Part shown: positions 52,007-62,346 of the stretch, piece by piece | Position numbering within the stretch: position 1 is the stretch's first letter | How the letters are laid out: the number at the start of each line of letters is the position of its first letter | Assembly: GCA_965222155.1 (NCBI GenBank) | Contig: CBDCTH010000012.1 | Span: 1,728,001 to 1,792,000 of the forward strand | Reading direction: 5' to 3' | Length of the DNA stretch: 64,000 nucleotides | Origin: Gammaproteobacteria bacterium | GTDB taxonomy: Bacteria > Pseudomonadota > Gammaproteobacteria > Eutrophobiales > Eutrophobiaceae | Made by a program: the position numbers and the translations under genes | Notes under the pieces: model-generated | Told to the model about the DNA's origin: nothing | Databases searched by the model: none | The model's input: only the letters and a program-made list of their open reading frames with translations

Positions 52007-52933
52007 GAGTTATGGCGCATCGAGGATGTCTATCTGCATGAGGCCCAGAATGATGCGACACGTCTGGCTATCCAGGATCAGGAAAGAGCAGGTCTTGACA
52101 TTATTTCAGATGGGGAGATCCGAAGAGAGAGTTATTCCAATCACTATGCTACGGCATTGGATGGGATTGATATTGATAACCCCGGACAAGCGCTGGATCG
52201 CAGTGGTGATCCGGTATTCGTACCACGCATCGTCGGCCCAATTCGACGTAGTCACCCTGTCGGGGTTGAAGATGTGAAGTATTTGCGGGCTAATACTTAC
52301 AAGGCCATAAAAATGACGGTGCCTGGACCTTTTACCATGTCCCAGCAGGCCCAGAATGATTATTATTCATCAGAGTTGGATTGTGCCATGGATTATGCCG
52401 CCGCAGTCAATGAAGAAATAAAGGATTTGTTTGCGGCAGGCGCAGACGTGGTCCAGATCGATGAGCCCTATATGCAGGCTCGGCCCGAAAAAGCGAAGGA
52501 ATATGGCATAGATGTATTGAACCGGGCTTTAGCGGGAGTAACAGGAAAGACTTGTGTACATATTTGTTTCGGTTACGCCGCCTTGATCCATAACCGCCCT
52601 GACGGTTATTCATTTCTGCCGGAATTTGCTGATGCAAACTGCCGGCAGGTTTCCATAGAAACGGCCCAGTCAAATCTGGCCTGTACAATACTGGAGTCCC
52701 TTCCGGATAAGGAAATTCTGCTTGGCGTCCTGAACCTGTCGACGGAAGAAATTGAGACAGTGGATATGATAAAGGACAGGGTGCGACGGGCTTTGTCGCA
52801 TGTAAATGAAGAACGCGTCATATTGGCGCCGGATTGCGGCATGAAATACCTGCCACGTGAATCCGCATTCGGAAAGTTGCAGGCAATGTGTGAAGCAGCC
52901 GGACAATTGCGGGAAGAGTTTTCGAAAAAATAA
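52007..52933 (+). pseudogene. 5'-truncated cobalamin-independent methionine synthase II family gene
   Basis: Frame begins abruptly at ELWRI...AGLDIISDGEIRRESYSN; QIDEP, HICFG, APDCG present; N-terminus and start codon missing. Confidence 0.75.
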
Positions 52934-52942
52934 CCGTCGTGA

Positions 52943-55900
52943 TCAGACAGCTCCAAACCCCCCTCCTCCCGGGGTTTTCATCACGAACAGGTCACCGGCG
53001 TTCATATCGACCTCATCGTTGCCTTTAAGTTGCACGACTTCGCCATCGGCACGCACAACATGGTTCTTACCGCATTCACCCGGCTCACCGCCTGCCAGAC
53101 CAAACGGCGGCACCACCCGGTGCGAACTCAGCATGGTCGCGGTCATGGGTTCCAGGAAACGTAACTTTCGTACGACACCGTTGCCGCCGCGGTGTCTGCC
53201 GGCGCCCCCGGAACCCTGGCGTATGGAAAATTCTTCCACTAGCACGGGAAAGCGTAATTCCAGTACTTCGGGATCGGTCATGCGGGTGTTGGTCATGTGA
53301 CTGTGTACGGCGCTGGTTCCCGGATGATCCGGGCCGGCGCCGGTGCCGCCACAGACGGTGTCGTAGTTCTGGTAACGGTCGTTTCCGTAGAAGACATTGT
53401 TCATGGTGCCTTGCGAGGCGGCCAGTACGCCGAGTGCACCGTAGAGCGCGTTGGTAATAGCCTGGGATACTTCAATATTGCCCGCCATCACTGCCGCCGG
53501 ATATTCCGGCGTGATCATCGAGCGCTTCGGCAGGATTAGTTTGATGGGCTTGAGGCAACCCTCGTTCAACGGGATATCATCGTTGACCAGGGTCCGGAAT
53601 ACGTAGAGTACTGCCGCTTTACAGACCGCTGTCGGGGCGTTGTAGTTGGTCGGATTCTGCATTGATGTGCCGCTGAAATCGATGCTTGCCTCACGCTTTT
53701 CACGATCTACCGAAATCCTGACCTTTATCACACTGCCCTCATCCATGGGATATTCGAATTCGCCGTCTTTCAACACTTCCATTACCCTTCGCACCGACTC
53801 CTCGGCATTGTCCTGAACGTGTTTCATATAGGCGTTGACCACCTCGATGCCGTAGTGTCCGACCATTTTCCGCAGTTCCATCAGGCCGGTTTCATTGGCG
53901 GCTATCTGCGCTGACAGGTCAGCCAGGTTCTGATCGATATTGCGACAGGGATATTTGCCGGAACCCAGCAATTCCCTGATTTCTTTTTCACGCAGCCGGC
54001 CGTTTTCAACCAGCAGGAAGTTGTCAATCAATATGCCCTCCTCGTCAATATGGGTACTGTCCGGGGGAGCAGAACCCGGCGTACGGCCACCAATATCGGC
54101 ATGGTGGCCCCGTGAAGCCAGGTAGAAGAGGATGTTTTCTCCTTTATCGTCGAATGCCGGCGTAATCAGGGTTACGTCGGGGAGATGGGTGCCGCCGGCG
54201 TAAGGGGCATTGAGGGCATACACGTCGCCAGGCCTGATATTGCCCTCGTCGGTTTTGATAACGGACTTGACCGATTCACCCATGGAACCCAGGTGGACGG
54301 GGATATGGGGTGCATTGGCCACCAGGTTGCCCTCGGCGTTGAACAGTGCGCAGGAAAAGTCCAGGCGCTCCTTGATGTTCACGGAATAAGCGGTATTTTG
54401 CAGGGTGACGCCCATCTGTTCGGCAATCGACATAAAGAGGTTATTGAATACCTCCAGCATGATCGGGTCGGCAGCAGTACTGATGGTTTTTCTCTGCACA
54501 AGTTCGACATAACGCGTCATTACCAGGTGGCCGCGGCTGTTGAGCGCAGCGCGCCAGCCCTGCTCCACTATGATCGTGCCTGTTGCTTCGATAATAATGG
54601 CCGGCCCGTAGACATGCTGGCCGGGGTGCAACTCTGAGCGACGATATAAAGCAGTCTCACGCCATTCGCCGGCACTGTAAACCTGTACCAAATCGTGTAC
54701 GATCGGACTTTCCCCGGAAACGGGGGGACTGATCTCCGGATCATCCGCGTGCTCCGTTACGCCGATCGCCTCTACGGATAGCGCTTCCACGACCAGGCCG
54801 CGTGCGCGGGCAACAAACCCGAAACGGCGGCGGTGCGCATCCTCAAAATCCGACTTCATCCGTACCGCGCTGCCTGCGTCAACCAGCAGGCTGGTGTCGG
54901 TGCCTTCATAACGCAGATGGACCTTGGTGACCAGGGAGATGTGTTGTTCCCCAACACCTTGCTGCTGCACTGCTCTACGGGCTGAATCGGCCAACTGCCG
55001 ATATTGCCCCGCGATCTTTTGTTCCACTGAGTCCGCTACAAAATTGAAGCCCATCTGCGCTTGACGCAACACCCTGATCTCCGCCAGGCCCATGCCGTAA
55101 GCAGACAGCACCCCGGCGAAGGGATGCAGGAAAATAGTTTCCATCCCCAACGCGTCCGCAACCGGACACGCGTGCTGGCCGGCAGCGCTGCCGAAACAGT
55201 TAAGCGTGTATTGCGTGACATCGTAACCGCGCTGCAGTGAAATTTTCTTGATCGCATTGGCCATGTTTTCAACGGCAATACACAGAAAACCTTCTGCGAC
55301 TTCTTCTACGCTGAGGGTTTTGCCCCTGGTGGCGGATACTTGTGCGGCCATTTCAGAAAACTTCCGTACCACCGTTTCACGGTCAAGTTTGTCATTACCA
55401 GCGGACCCGAAAATGGCAGGAAAGTAGTCCGGCTGGATTTTTCCCAGCATAACGTTGCAATCGGTTACCGTCAGCGGGCCGCCGCGCTGATAACAGGCCG
55501 GCCCGGGGTTGGCGCCGGCTGATTCCGGCCCTACCCTGAAGCGTGAGCCGTCAAATTGAAGTATTGAACCACCGCCGGCCGCCACGCTATGGATATGCAT
55601 CATCGGCGCTCTCATGCGGACGCCGGCTACCAATGTTTCAAAACTGCGCTCGTATTCGCCATCGTAATGTGTCACATCCGTGGAGGTGCCGCCCATATCG
55701 AAACCAATCAACTTGTGGAACCCGCTCATCGCCGCAGTGCGAGTCATGCCCACGACACCGCCGGCCGGGCCGGAAAGAATGGCGTCCTTGCCCTGGAACA
55801 GACGGGCATCGGTGAGACCGCCATTGGATTGCATAAACATGAGCCGCGGACCACCCTCGCCTTGAGTACCCAGTTCATCGGCAACCTGCTGCACATAGCG

Positions 55901-56551
55901 GCGCAGGATAGGAGACAGATAGGCGTCAACAACAGTCGTATCAGCGCGGGACACCAGCTTGACCAGGGGACTGACCTCGTGACTCAGGGATATCCGGGTA
56001 AAACCTACCTCCCTGCAAATTTCACCCACTCTAAGTTCGTGGTCGCGATATCGATAACCGTGCATAAAGGCAACAGCTACCGCCCTGATACCGGTATCAA
56101 ATACTGTCCGAAGGTCAGCCCTGATCCGATCCTCGTCAAGCGGGGATAACACTTCATCGTAGGCGTCGACGCGCTCGTCCACTTCGATCACCTGTTCATA
56201 CAGCAGACTCGGTAACACGATATTTAGATCAAACAAACGCGGACGGTTCTGGTAACCGATGCGCAATGCATCACCGAAACCCCTGGTGGTGACAAACAGG
56301 GTGCGTTCGCCTTTACGTTCAAGCAGTGCATTGGTAGCGACAGTGGTACCCATTTTGACATGTTCGATGGCGCCGGGAGGGATGGACGCGCCGCGCTCCA
56401 TGCCGAGCAGATCGCGAATGCCCTGAACTGCCGCGTCCTTGTAGCGTCCGGGATTCTCGGAAAGCAGCTTATGACTGATTAATTGACCACCAGGAGATTT
56501 TGCGACAATATCCGTAAAGGTGCCACCGCGATCAATCCAGATTTTCCACAT
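52943..56551 (-). CDS. ATP-dependent 5-oxoprolinase (fused hydantoinase A/B)
   Basis: [57 protein letters not shown]. Confidence 0.92.
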   Translation of the reverse strand: MWKIWIDRGGTFTDIVAKSPGGQLISHKLLSENPGRYKDAAVQGIRDLLGMERGASIPPGAIEHVKMGTTVATNALLERKGERTLFVTTRGFGDALRIGYQNRPRLFDLNIVLPSLLYEQVIEVDERVDAYDEVLSPLDEDRIRADLRTVFDTGIRAVAVAFMHGYRYRDHELRVGEICREVGFTRISLSHEVSPLVKLVSRADTTVVDAYLSPILRRYVQQVADELGTQGEGGPRLMFMQSNGGLTDARLFQGKDAILSGPAGGVVGMTRTAAMSGFHKLIGFDMGGTSTDVTHYDGEYERSFETLVAGVRMRAPMMHIHSVAAGGGSILQFDGSRFRVGPESAGANPGPACYQRGGPLTVTDCNVMLGKIQPDYFPAIFGSAGNDKLDRETVVRKFSEMAAQVSATRGKTLSVEEVAEGFLCIAVENMANAIKKISLQRGYDVTQYTLNCFGSAAGQHACPVADALGMETIFLHPFAGVLSAYGMGLAEIRVLRQAQMGFNFVADSVEQKIAGQYRQLADSARRAVQQQGVGEQHISLVTKVHLRYEGTDTSLLVDAGSAVRMKSDFEDAHRRRFGFVARARGLVVEALSVEAIGVTEHADDPEISPPVSGESPIVHDLVQVYSAGEWRETALYRRSELHPGQHVYGPAIIIEATGTIIVEQGWRAALNSRGHLVMTRYVELVQRKTISTAADPIMLEVFNNLFMSIAEQMGVTLQNTAYSVNIKERLDFSCALFNAEGNLVANAPHIPVHLGSMGESVKSVIKTDEGNIRPGDVYALNAPYAGGTHLPDVTLITPAFDDKGENILFYLASRGHHADIGGRTPGSAPPDSTHIDEEGILIDNFLLVENGRLREKEIRELLGSGKYPCRNIDQNLADLSAQIAANETGLMELRKMVGHYGIEVVNAYMKHVQDNAEESVRRVMEVLKDGEFEYPMDEGSVIKVRISVDREKREASIDFSGTSMQNPTNYNAPTAVCKAAVLYVFRTLVNDDIPLNEGCLKPIKLILPKRSMITPEYPAAVMAGNIEVSQAITNALYGALGVLAASQGTMNNVFYGNDRYQNYDTVCGGTGAGPDHPGTSAVHSHMTNTRMTDPEVLELRFPVLVEEFSIRQGSGGAGRHRGGNGVVRKLRFLEPMTATMLSSHRVVPPFGLAGGEPGECGKNHVVRADGEVVQLKGNDEVDMNAGDLFVMKTPGGGGFGAV

Positions 56552-56623
56552 GATTGAATGTTCTTTGCTGTCAATGAGTTACTGACAGTTTATCACTTTG
56601 TTACCATTGCAGGCCAGACTGCC

Positions 56624-56790
56624 CGTCATTCTGGTGAATACCAGAATCCAGTAGATAAACCTACCCCCCTGGATTACGACATTCCAGGGCAGGTTTATCA
56701 TTATAAGGAGCCTTTATTGACTGGATTTCCATCCTTTGGTCTGTTGACGGCACATCCATGTGCCACTACTCGGCATTCGCCGGAATGACG
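56624..56790. repeat. Palindromic element related to 39478-39598, with an insertion in the right arm
   Basis: Shared arms and shared internal CCCTGGATTAC...ACTGGATT spacer. Confidence 0.75.
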
Positions 56791-56987
56791 ATGGGGCAGC
56801 CGCCAGAATGATAAACTCATAGTCGTAGCATTATATGTGTTTATCTGCTCTTGCAAGTATTCTGTTTGCGAGTATGCTTTTGAAGAAAATGAAAAACAGA
56901 CTGTAGCCTGGTTCAGTGGCTTACAGGGCCATGGCGCGGATCGCGTGATTTTCCGCGCTGTTGCGGTGTTATTTCGGGGGGACGATT

Positions 56988-58373
56988 ATGAGACACAAAT
57001 TTTCCATATTGATACTGTTCTGCCTCAATCTGGCCGTGTTTGCAGCGCCGGGAGACAAGCCGACTCTTGCAATAACCGGTGGTCAGCTTGTTGACGGTTA
57101 TGGCGGACAACCTCTGCAAAATGCGGTAGTGCTGGTCAGCGGCGATCGCATAATCAGCCTTGGCGACGTGAATACTGTAACCATTCCTGACGGGGTGAAA
57201 ACGCTGGATGTAAACGGCATGACGATTTTACCGGGATTATGGGAATCCCATGGGCATTTATTTCATATCGCCGAGGGAGATCCGGCGTCGTTTCCAATTA
57301 AATTTGCCCCCCAGGCAAAATCGGTGATGGCGGCCGTGGCAAAAACATCGTTATTGGCGGGTATTACTTCTTTCCGCGACACGGGCGGCCCCATCAGCCA
57401 ACAACTGGCCCTGAAAGCAGAGATTGAAGCGGGCCAACTGCCCGGACCCAGGCTGTTCCTGGCCGGCCCCATACTGCACCAGCGCAATCCCGATAAGCCC
57501 AATATCAGGAGAGATTATCTCGTTGGCTCACCCGCTGAGGCAAAGCAGGTAACGGATAGAGTCATTGCTCTGGGCGTCGATCAAGTCAAGGTATATGGCT
57601 TTTGGGACCTGGAAATACTCAAGGTGATCGTGGATACGGCGCATAAGGTCGGTCTTGGCGTGGATGCCGACGTGCGCCACATCAACGCCTACCGCACGGC
57701 AATTGAAGCCGGCGTTGACCGCATGCATCATGTATTTACGGCCGATCCCTTGTCGGATTACAGCGCCGAGGCTATTCGTCTGATGGTACGTGGAATAAAA
57801 CCCATCCCGACGGGACCCAGGGCCAATATCCTGCGCGGGCCGTATATCATACCGACTATTGAAATGCGCAATGCCTACGTGCGCGTGTTTGAGTTTCCCG
57901 AATCGCTGGACCATCCCAGGTTCAAGCAACAATATTCCGCGGAAGTGTACGCGCACCTGCTCGATTCCTGGAAAAACCCGAACGCGATACCCTGGGGCAT
58001 CGGGGCGCCGGAACGTATCAAAGTGGCGAAGCGGAAACTGAAGACGTTTATCGAAGCCGGCGGCCGGGAACAGATCGTCGCCGGAACAGACGCCGGCGCC
58101 CCCTTCAACATGCACAGTCCCCTGACCCGGGAGATGCAGCATTATCTCGATGCCGGATTAACGCCCATGGAAGTGATCCAGAGCGCAACATTACGGGCAG
58201 CACAATTGCAGGGAGTGGAAACAGACCTTGGTACGGTGACCGAAGGCAAGTTTGCCGACATGGTGATCGTGGATGGCGACCCACTTCAGGATATTACCTT
58301 GCTGCAACATAAAATTGTCTTAGTCATCAAAGGCGGGGAAGTGTATGCTCCCGAAAACAGCCTGAGGTTCTGA
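56988..58373 (+). CDS. Secreted amidohydrolase family protein
   Basis: Signal peptide; LPGLWESHGH, GTDAG, G...EGKFADMVIVDGDPL. Confidence 0.85.
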   Translation: MRHKFSILILFCLNLAVFAAPGDKPTLAITGGQLVDGYGGQPLQNAVVLVSGDRIISLGDVNTVTIPDGVKTLDVNGMTILPGLWESHGHLFHIAEGDPASFPIKFAPQAKSVMAAVAKTSLLAGITSFRDTGGPISQQLALKAEIEAGQLPGPRLFLAGPILHQRNPDKPNIRRDYLVGSPAEAKQVTDRVIALGVDQVKVYGFWDLEILKVIVDTAHKVGLGVDADVRHINAYRTAIEAGVDRMHHVFTADPLSDYSAEAIRLMVRGIKPIPTGPRANILRGPYIIPTIEMRNAYVRVFEFPESLDHPRFKQQYSAEVYAHLLDSWKNPNAIPWGIGAPERIKVAKRKLKTFIEAGGREQIVAGTDAGAPFNMHSPLTREMQHYLDAGLTPMEVIQSATLRAAQLQGVETDLGTVTEGKFADMVIVDGDPLQDITLLQHKIVLVIKGGEVYAPENSLRF

Positions 58374-58406
58374 TTGCTTCGCTATAAATTATGAGGAGAT
58401 AAGCTG

Positions 58407-59324
58407 ATGTTGAAGATAAAACTGTCTATGCTTGCCGTCTTACTGATGTTGTTCACCGCTGTAATAAATGCGCAGGACATGTCCAAATATTATACGGTCA
58501 TGCACCCTGAGGACTTTACCATTGACTGGACCGGCTTTTATAAACGCAATAATGAACTTACGGCCCGGGTAAGAGAACACTACCTGCATTTCCTGGACCT
58601 GGCCTATGGCTCTGATCCAAAACAGGTCCTTGACCTTTATCTGCCTGAAGGCGAAGTGTCGAACGCGCCGGTGTTTTTGTTCCTGCATGGCGGCGGCTTC
58701 CGTGAAGGAGACAAGGCGCATTACGGTTCGGTCGCCGAACCTTTCGTCAATAGGGGAGTGATCACGACCGTCGCCAGTTACCGGTTGACCGGCAGCGGCG
58801 CTCACTACCCGGACCAATCCGATGATGTAAAGGGCGCCATAAAATGGTTGTTTGAAAATATTAAGGAATACGGCGGCAACCCGGAAGCTATTTTCGTGGG
58901 CGGGCACTCCGCCGGCGCCATCCTGTCTGCCGATATCGGCGTTGACCGTGCCTGGTTAGCGGATATGGGTATGCCAAAAGGGATATTAAAAGGCATCGTA
59001 CCCGTTAGCGGTCCCTACGATGTGCGCGATAGAGGACGGCCCGGGGAGTTGTATACTTATGCGCCGACCCCGGAACTACGGGAACAGGCCAGTCCGATAC
59101 TGCATATCAAAGACCCTGTACCGGCCGCACTGGTCGCCGTCGGGTCCGAAGAGGGGTACCAGGAGTCGTCCATGGCGTTTACCGAGGCATTAAAAACGGC
59201 CGGCGTTGATGCACATTACCTGCTGCTGGACGGGGAAGACCATGCCGATACGGCGCTGTCCCTGGCGAACGGGGATAGCGAACTGTTCAGACAGGTCATA
59301 GAGATGATACTGGGGCAGAAATAA
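58407..59324 (+). CDS. Secreted alpha/beta hydrolase (HSL/arylformamidase-like)
   Basis: GAGGAG RBS; signal peptide; HGGGF, GHSAG, EDH. Confidence 0.88.
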   Translation: MLKIKLSMLAVLLMLFTAVINAQDMSKYYTVMHPEDFTIDWTGFYKRNNELTARVREHYLHFLDLAYGSDPKQVLDLYLPEGEVSNAPVFLFLHGGGFREGDKAHYGSVAEPFVNRGVITTVASYRLTGSGAHYPDQSDDVKGAIKWLFENIKEYGGNPEAIFVGGHSAGAILSADIGVDRAWLADMGMPKGILKGIVPVSGPYDVRDRGRPGELYTYAPTPELREQASPILHIKDPVPAALVAVGSEEGYQESSMAFTEALKTAGVDAHYLLLDGEDHADTALSLANGDSELFRQVIEMILGQK

Positions 59325-59561
59325 TTCCGCTCTCGCTCATTGCCCGGCATGGGAACCTGCGTAGTCACTGGTAGGCAGACTCCTGGCGCGGGTAGGCTTC
59401 GCCTTTGTAGATGATCGTCTCTATCTTGCGGATGGTTTGCAGCGAGACCGCCTCCATATCCATCAGAGCCACCCACCGCTCCGCCAACAACGACAGCGTC
59501 CACCTACGGGGGGAACAGTTTGAGCTTCTTGATGGCTTTGCGGTCGTATAGATCGCCGTTG

Positions 59562-60158
59562 TTAGCCGTTGTGTGCGCTCAATTGTTCTTTGACCAGATT
59601 TTGTAAGCCGCCTATCAGATGGTTAAAACTAGTTGAGGTATTCTTGTCTTTGTTCATGTGCCGGGGTACTTCCCGTGCAGCAATGCCCTTGCTGAAACCT
59701 CTGACTATCCGCTTTAATTCGTCGCTGGGTTTGCTAATGGCATCCGGATTCATGAATCTGCGTTTGTCCTTATATTTGTTGGCCCTGAATGACGGAAAAG
59801 CTTTTTCAACCGCATCAAGATCGCCGAAATACCAAGCTTCCAATTCCTGACAGACAATACGAATCAAGGGTTTATGTTTGTTATTCCGGACGCATAATAG
59901 CTTCAATTTTTGTTTCAGCTTCCTACAATCGTGGCTGTCCTGATCGTGCAGAATGATAAAAAAAGTATTTGGGGCAAGCCAGGCCCTGAGCTTAATCGGG
60001 ATTGATTTTTGCAAGTCTCCTTTTCCTTGATGAGGGATAAGCTGATAAGTTACCGACTGAAACTCGGATAATATCCGGGGCAGTAGTTCCTTGAGCAAAT
60101 GCTTGGCGGACTCTTCTTCCAGCATAAAAACCAGATTGATTGGCGCAACGTATTTCAT
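59562..60158 (-). CDS. DUF4276 (TOPRIM-like) protein
   Basis: LVFMLEEES, HQGKGDL, LHDQD, CQELEAWYFGD. Confidence 0.82.
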   Translation of the reverse strand: MKYVAPINLVFMLEEESAKHLLKELLPRILSEFQSVTYQLIPHQGKGDLQKSIPIKLRAWLAPNTFFIILHDQDSHDCRKLKQKLKLLCVRNNKHKPLIRIVCQELEAWYFGDLDAVEKAFPSFRANKYKDKRRFMNPDAISKPSDELKRIVRGFSKGIAAREVPRHMNKDKNTSTSFNHLIGGLQNLVKEQLSAHNG

Positions 60159-60170
60159 TCCATGCCGCCG

Positions 60171-61346
60171 TTAAATTTCCAGTAGGTCCTGACTCCACAA
60201 CCAGCCGAGCTTATCGCCTTCTTCTATAAAACGCTTAATTTGTAGATTTTCTGCGATCGGATAAATTGCTGTTATGCCCTGTTCCTTTTTAAGAAAAAAC
60301 GCCTCGTTAATTTCCACATGATTCAGCACGTCGGGTGAGTGTGTGGAAACGAAGACCTGTCCACCATGCTCGGCGTAATTTCGCAGTTCTTCTACCAGTG
60401 CACCGAGCAATTGAGGAAAAAGTTGATTTTCCGGCTCCTCAATGCACAAAAATGGATGCGGTTTTGGGTCATGCAACAGCACTAAGTAGGCAAACATCTT
60501 GATCGTGCCGTCGGACACATAACGGGCAATGAACGGGTCCTTAAATGAACCATCTTTAAAACGTAGCAATATATGTCCGTCTTCCGTTGCAGTAGCGGTT
60601 ACCTCTGACATACCGGGAATTCTCTCCCTGAATCTTCGCAGAATCCTGTTAAATGCTTGCCGGTTATTTTGGTGCAAGTGCTGTGCAACCAGCGGCAGGT
60701 TATCCCCGGTTTCCGAGAGATGTTCGGCAACGCCGGCTTCCACCCGCTGGCGGGCTGCCATTATGTGAAAGTCCGAAACATGCCAGTTTTCAATCAAATG
60801 GCGAAATGCGCTTGCGGCTTTGAATCTTCGGAATTGCCCCAAACCCTTTATAGCAAGCATGCTGGGAGAATCCAGAGATTGATAATCTTTTGTTAACTCT
60901 TCGTCTTGTTTATTAAAATCTTCCTCGTTGCTGATTGCATATCCCTCACCATTTCTGAAGTCCAGAAAATGAAAAGGCGAACCGTATGCTCCCCGTTTGT
61001 AGCGCAAAATCTCCCGTTGTACTACGGGGATACCGCTGTCCATGATAATTTCCAGATGATAAGTGACCAATCGGTTCACATCCGAGAGCATCATCCTAAA
61101 CTGAATCTCTATCTCGATCGGCTCGTCCGCGTGACCGCGGGTTGCCACTTCCTTGTAGCCGCCCATTCTTTGCAGTGCAACGCCGACATTGTTTTTTAAG
61201 GCATCTTTGAGAAAGCCGAAGGCTTGAAACAAAGTGGATTTGCCACTACCGTTTTTGCCAACAAAAACAGCAAGCGGAGGGATATTTTTCAATTCTATGT
61301 CGTATAGTGCGCGGAAATTCTTCAGGCGAATGCGTTCAATTTTCAT
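60171..61346 (-). CDS. ABC/AAA_21 ATPase, partner of DUF4276
   Basis: GKNGSGKST, VSDGT, CIEEPEN, VSTHS. Confidence 0.88.
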   Translation of the reverse strand: MKIERIRLKNFRALYDIELKNIPPLAVFVGKNGSGKSTLFQAFGFLKDALKNNVGVALQRMGGYKEVATRGHADEPIEIEIQFRMMLSDVNRLVTYHLEIIMDSGIPVVQREILRYKRGAYGSPFHFLDFRNGEGYAISNEEDFNKQDEELTKDYQSLDSPSMLAIKGLGQFRRFKAASAFRHLIENWHVSDFHIMAARQRVEAGVAEHLSETGDNLPLVAQHLHQNNRQAFNRILRRFRERIPGMSEVTATATEDGHILLRFKDGSFKDPFIARYVSDGTIKMFAYLVLLHDPKPHPFLCIEEPENQLFPQLLGALVEELRNYAEHGGQVFVSTHSPDVLNHVEINEAFFLKKEQGITAIYPIAENLQIKRFIEEGDKLGWLWSQDLLEI

Positions 61347-61609
61347 CTTTCTAGTCTGTCCAGCAATTTTCTGCTATTAATTTATCAAGAAATCTATACC
61401 TATCACAATTAATGATTTACGTATATTTGTAAAAGAAGTCCACGCTCCTGGTTTACTGTTTTGTCGTAGTGTTAGAGAATGATTTTATTCAGATCAAGAT
61501 CATAACCCGCCTGTTTTAGTATCCTAGCTAAAGTCAAGGAATTATGTACTTTAATCCGCAGGCATGTTGATGTTAACCAGCGTTTGCGCAGAGAATGCCA
61601 AGGAGACAA

Positions 61610-61890
61610 ATGAGATTATATCACTTCACAAACGCAGAATACGGTCTTTCCAACTTACGAGAGAAACACCTGAAAATATCCAGAATTGATCAGTTGAATG
61701 ATCCCTTTGAGTTTATGGGTGCGGATTTATCCAATGGTGACTTGCGTAAAGAAATAGAAATCTCAAAGGACCGCTATAACGAAACAATGGGCCTGCTTTG
61801 TTTCAGTAAAAACTGGGATAACCCGGTGCAATGGGGCCATTACGCCGACGGGCATAAAGGACTGTGTTTGGGGTTTGACGTTGCCGACGG
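61610..61890 (+). pseudogene. Truncated DUF2971 domain protein
   Basis: MRLYHFT...LNDPFE...LCFS...QWGHYADGHKGLCLGFD, then unrelated sequence. Confidence 0.7.
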
Positions 61891-62289
61891 AGCGATCGGC
61901 GCAAGCCCTGAGATTGCCGTGTTTAAAGGCCGCCTGCACGACCGTCGGTTTGCTATAGAAAAAAACCTGGTTTACAAGCCCTATGCACCGGGCAGCCTGC
62001 GGCACAGACGGGGAATTTAAGGGAATATAGGCTGGTCAATTGACCACCTATAAAGACCTTGTATAAGGTAATCCAGGGCAAACGCATACATTTGTATCTG
62101 ATAGCAAAAGACATTAATTTTCCGTGAAAACTCCGTTTCCATTCCTGCGAAAGTTTACCCCCCTGCTCAACAGCATACAGGGGCAAGCTCTGTATGCTGT
62201 TGAGCAGAGCCTGCCCCTGCGAAAGCAGGGGGGCAGGAATCCAGTGGATAACCAAACATTTATTAGTGGATTCCTGCTTTCGCAGTGAT

Positions 62290-62328
62290 ACTGGGGTCAA
62301 AGTAAATAATATTTACTCTGACCCCAGT
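62290..62328. repeat. GGGGTCA-type hairpin downstream of the TBDR; may also act as terminator
   Basis: ACTGGGGTCAAAGTAAATA / TATTTACTCTGACCCCAGT. Confidence 0.7.
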
Positions 62329-62346
62329 GATTAAACCTGGTATTCC

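Noticed and set aside
51642-52277. 211-aa ORF as a real gene
   Set aside because: It is the post-nonsense part of DUF4276 running out of frame into the metE-like remnant
59330-59560. Minus-strand remnant resembling amidohydrolase C-termini (NGDLYDRKAI..., IRKIETIIYKG)
   Set aside because: Too short and scrambled to call with confidence
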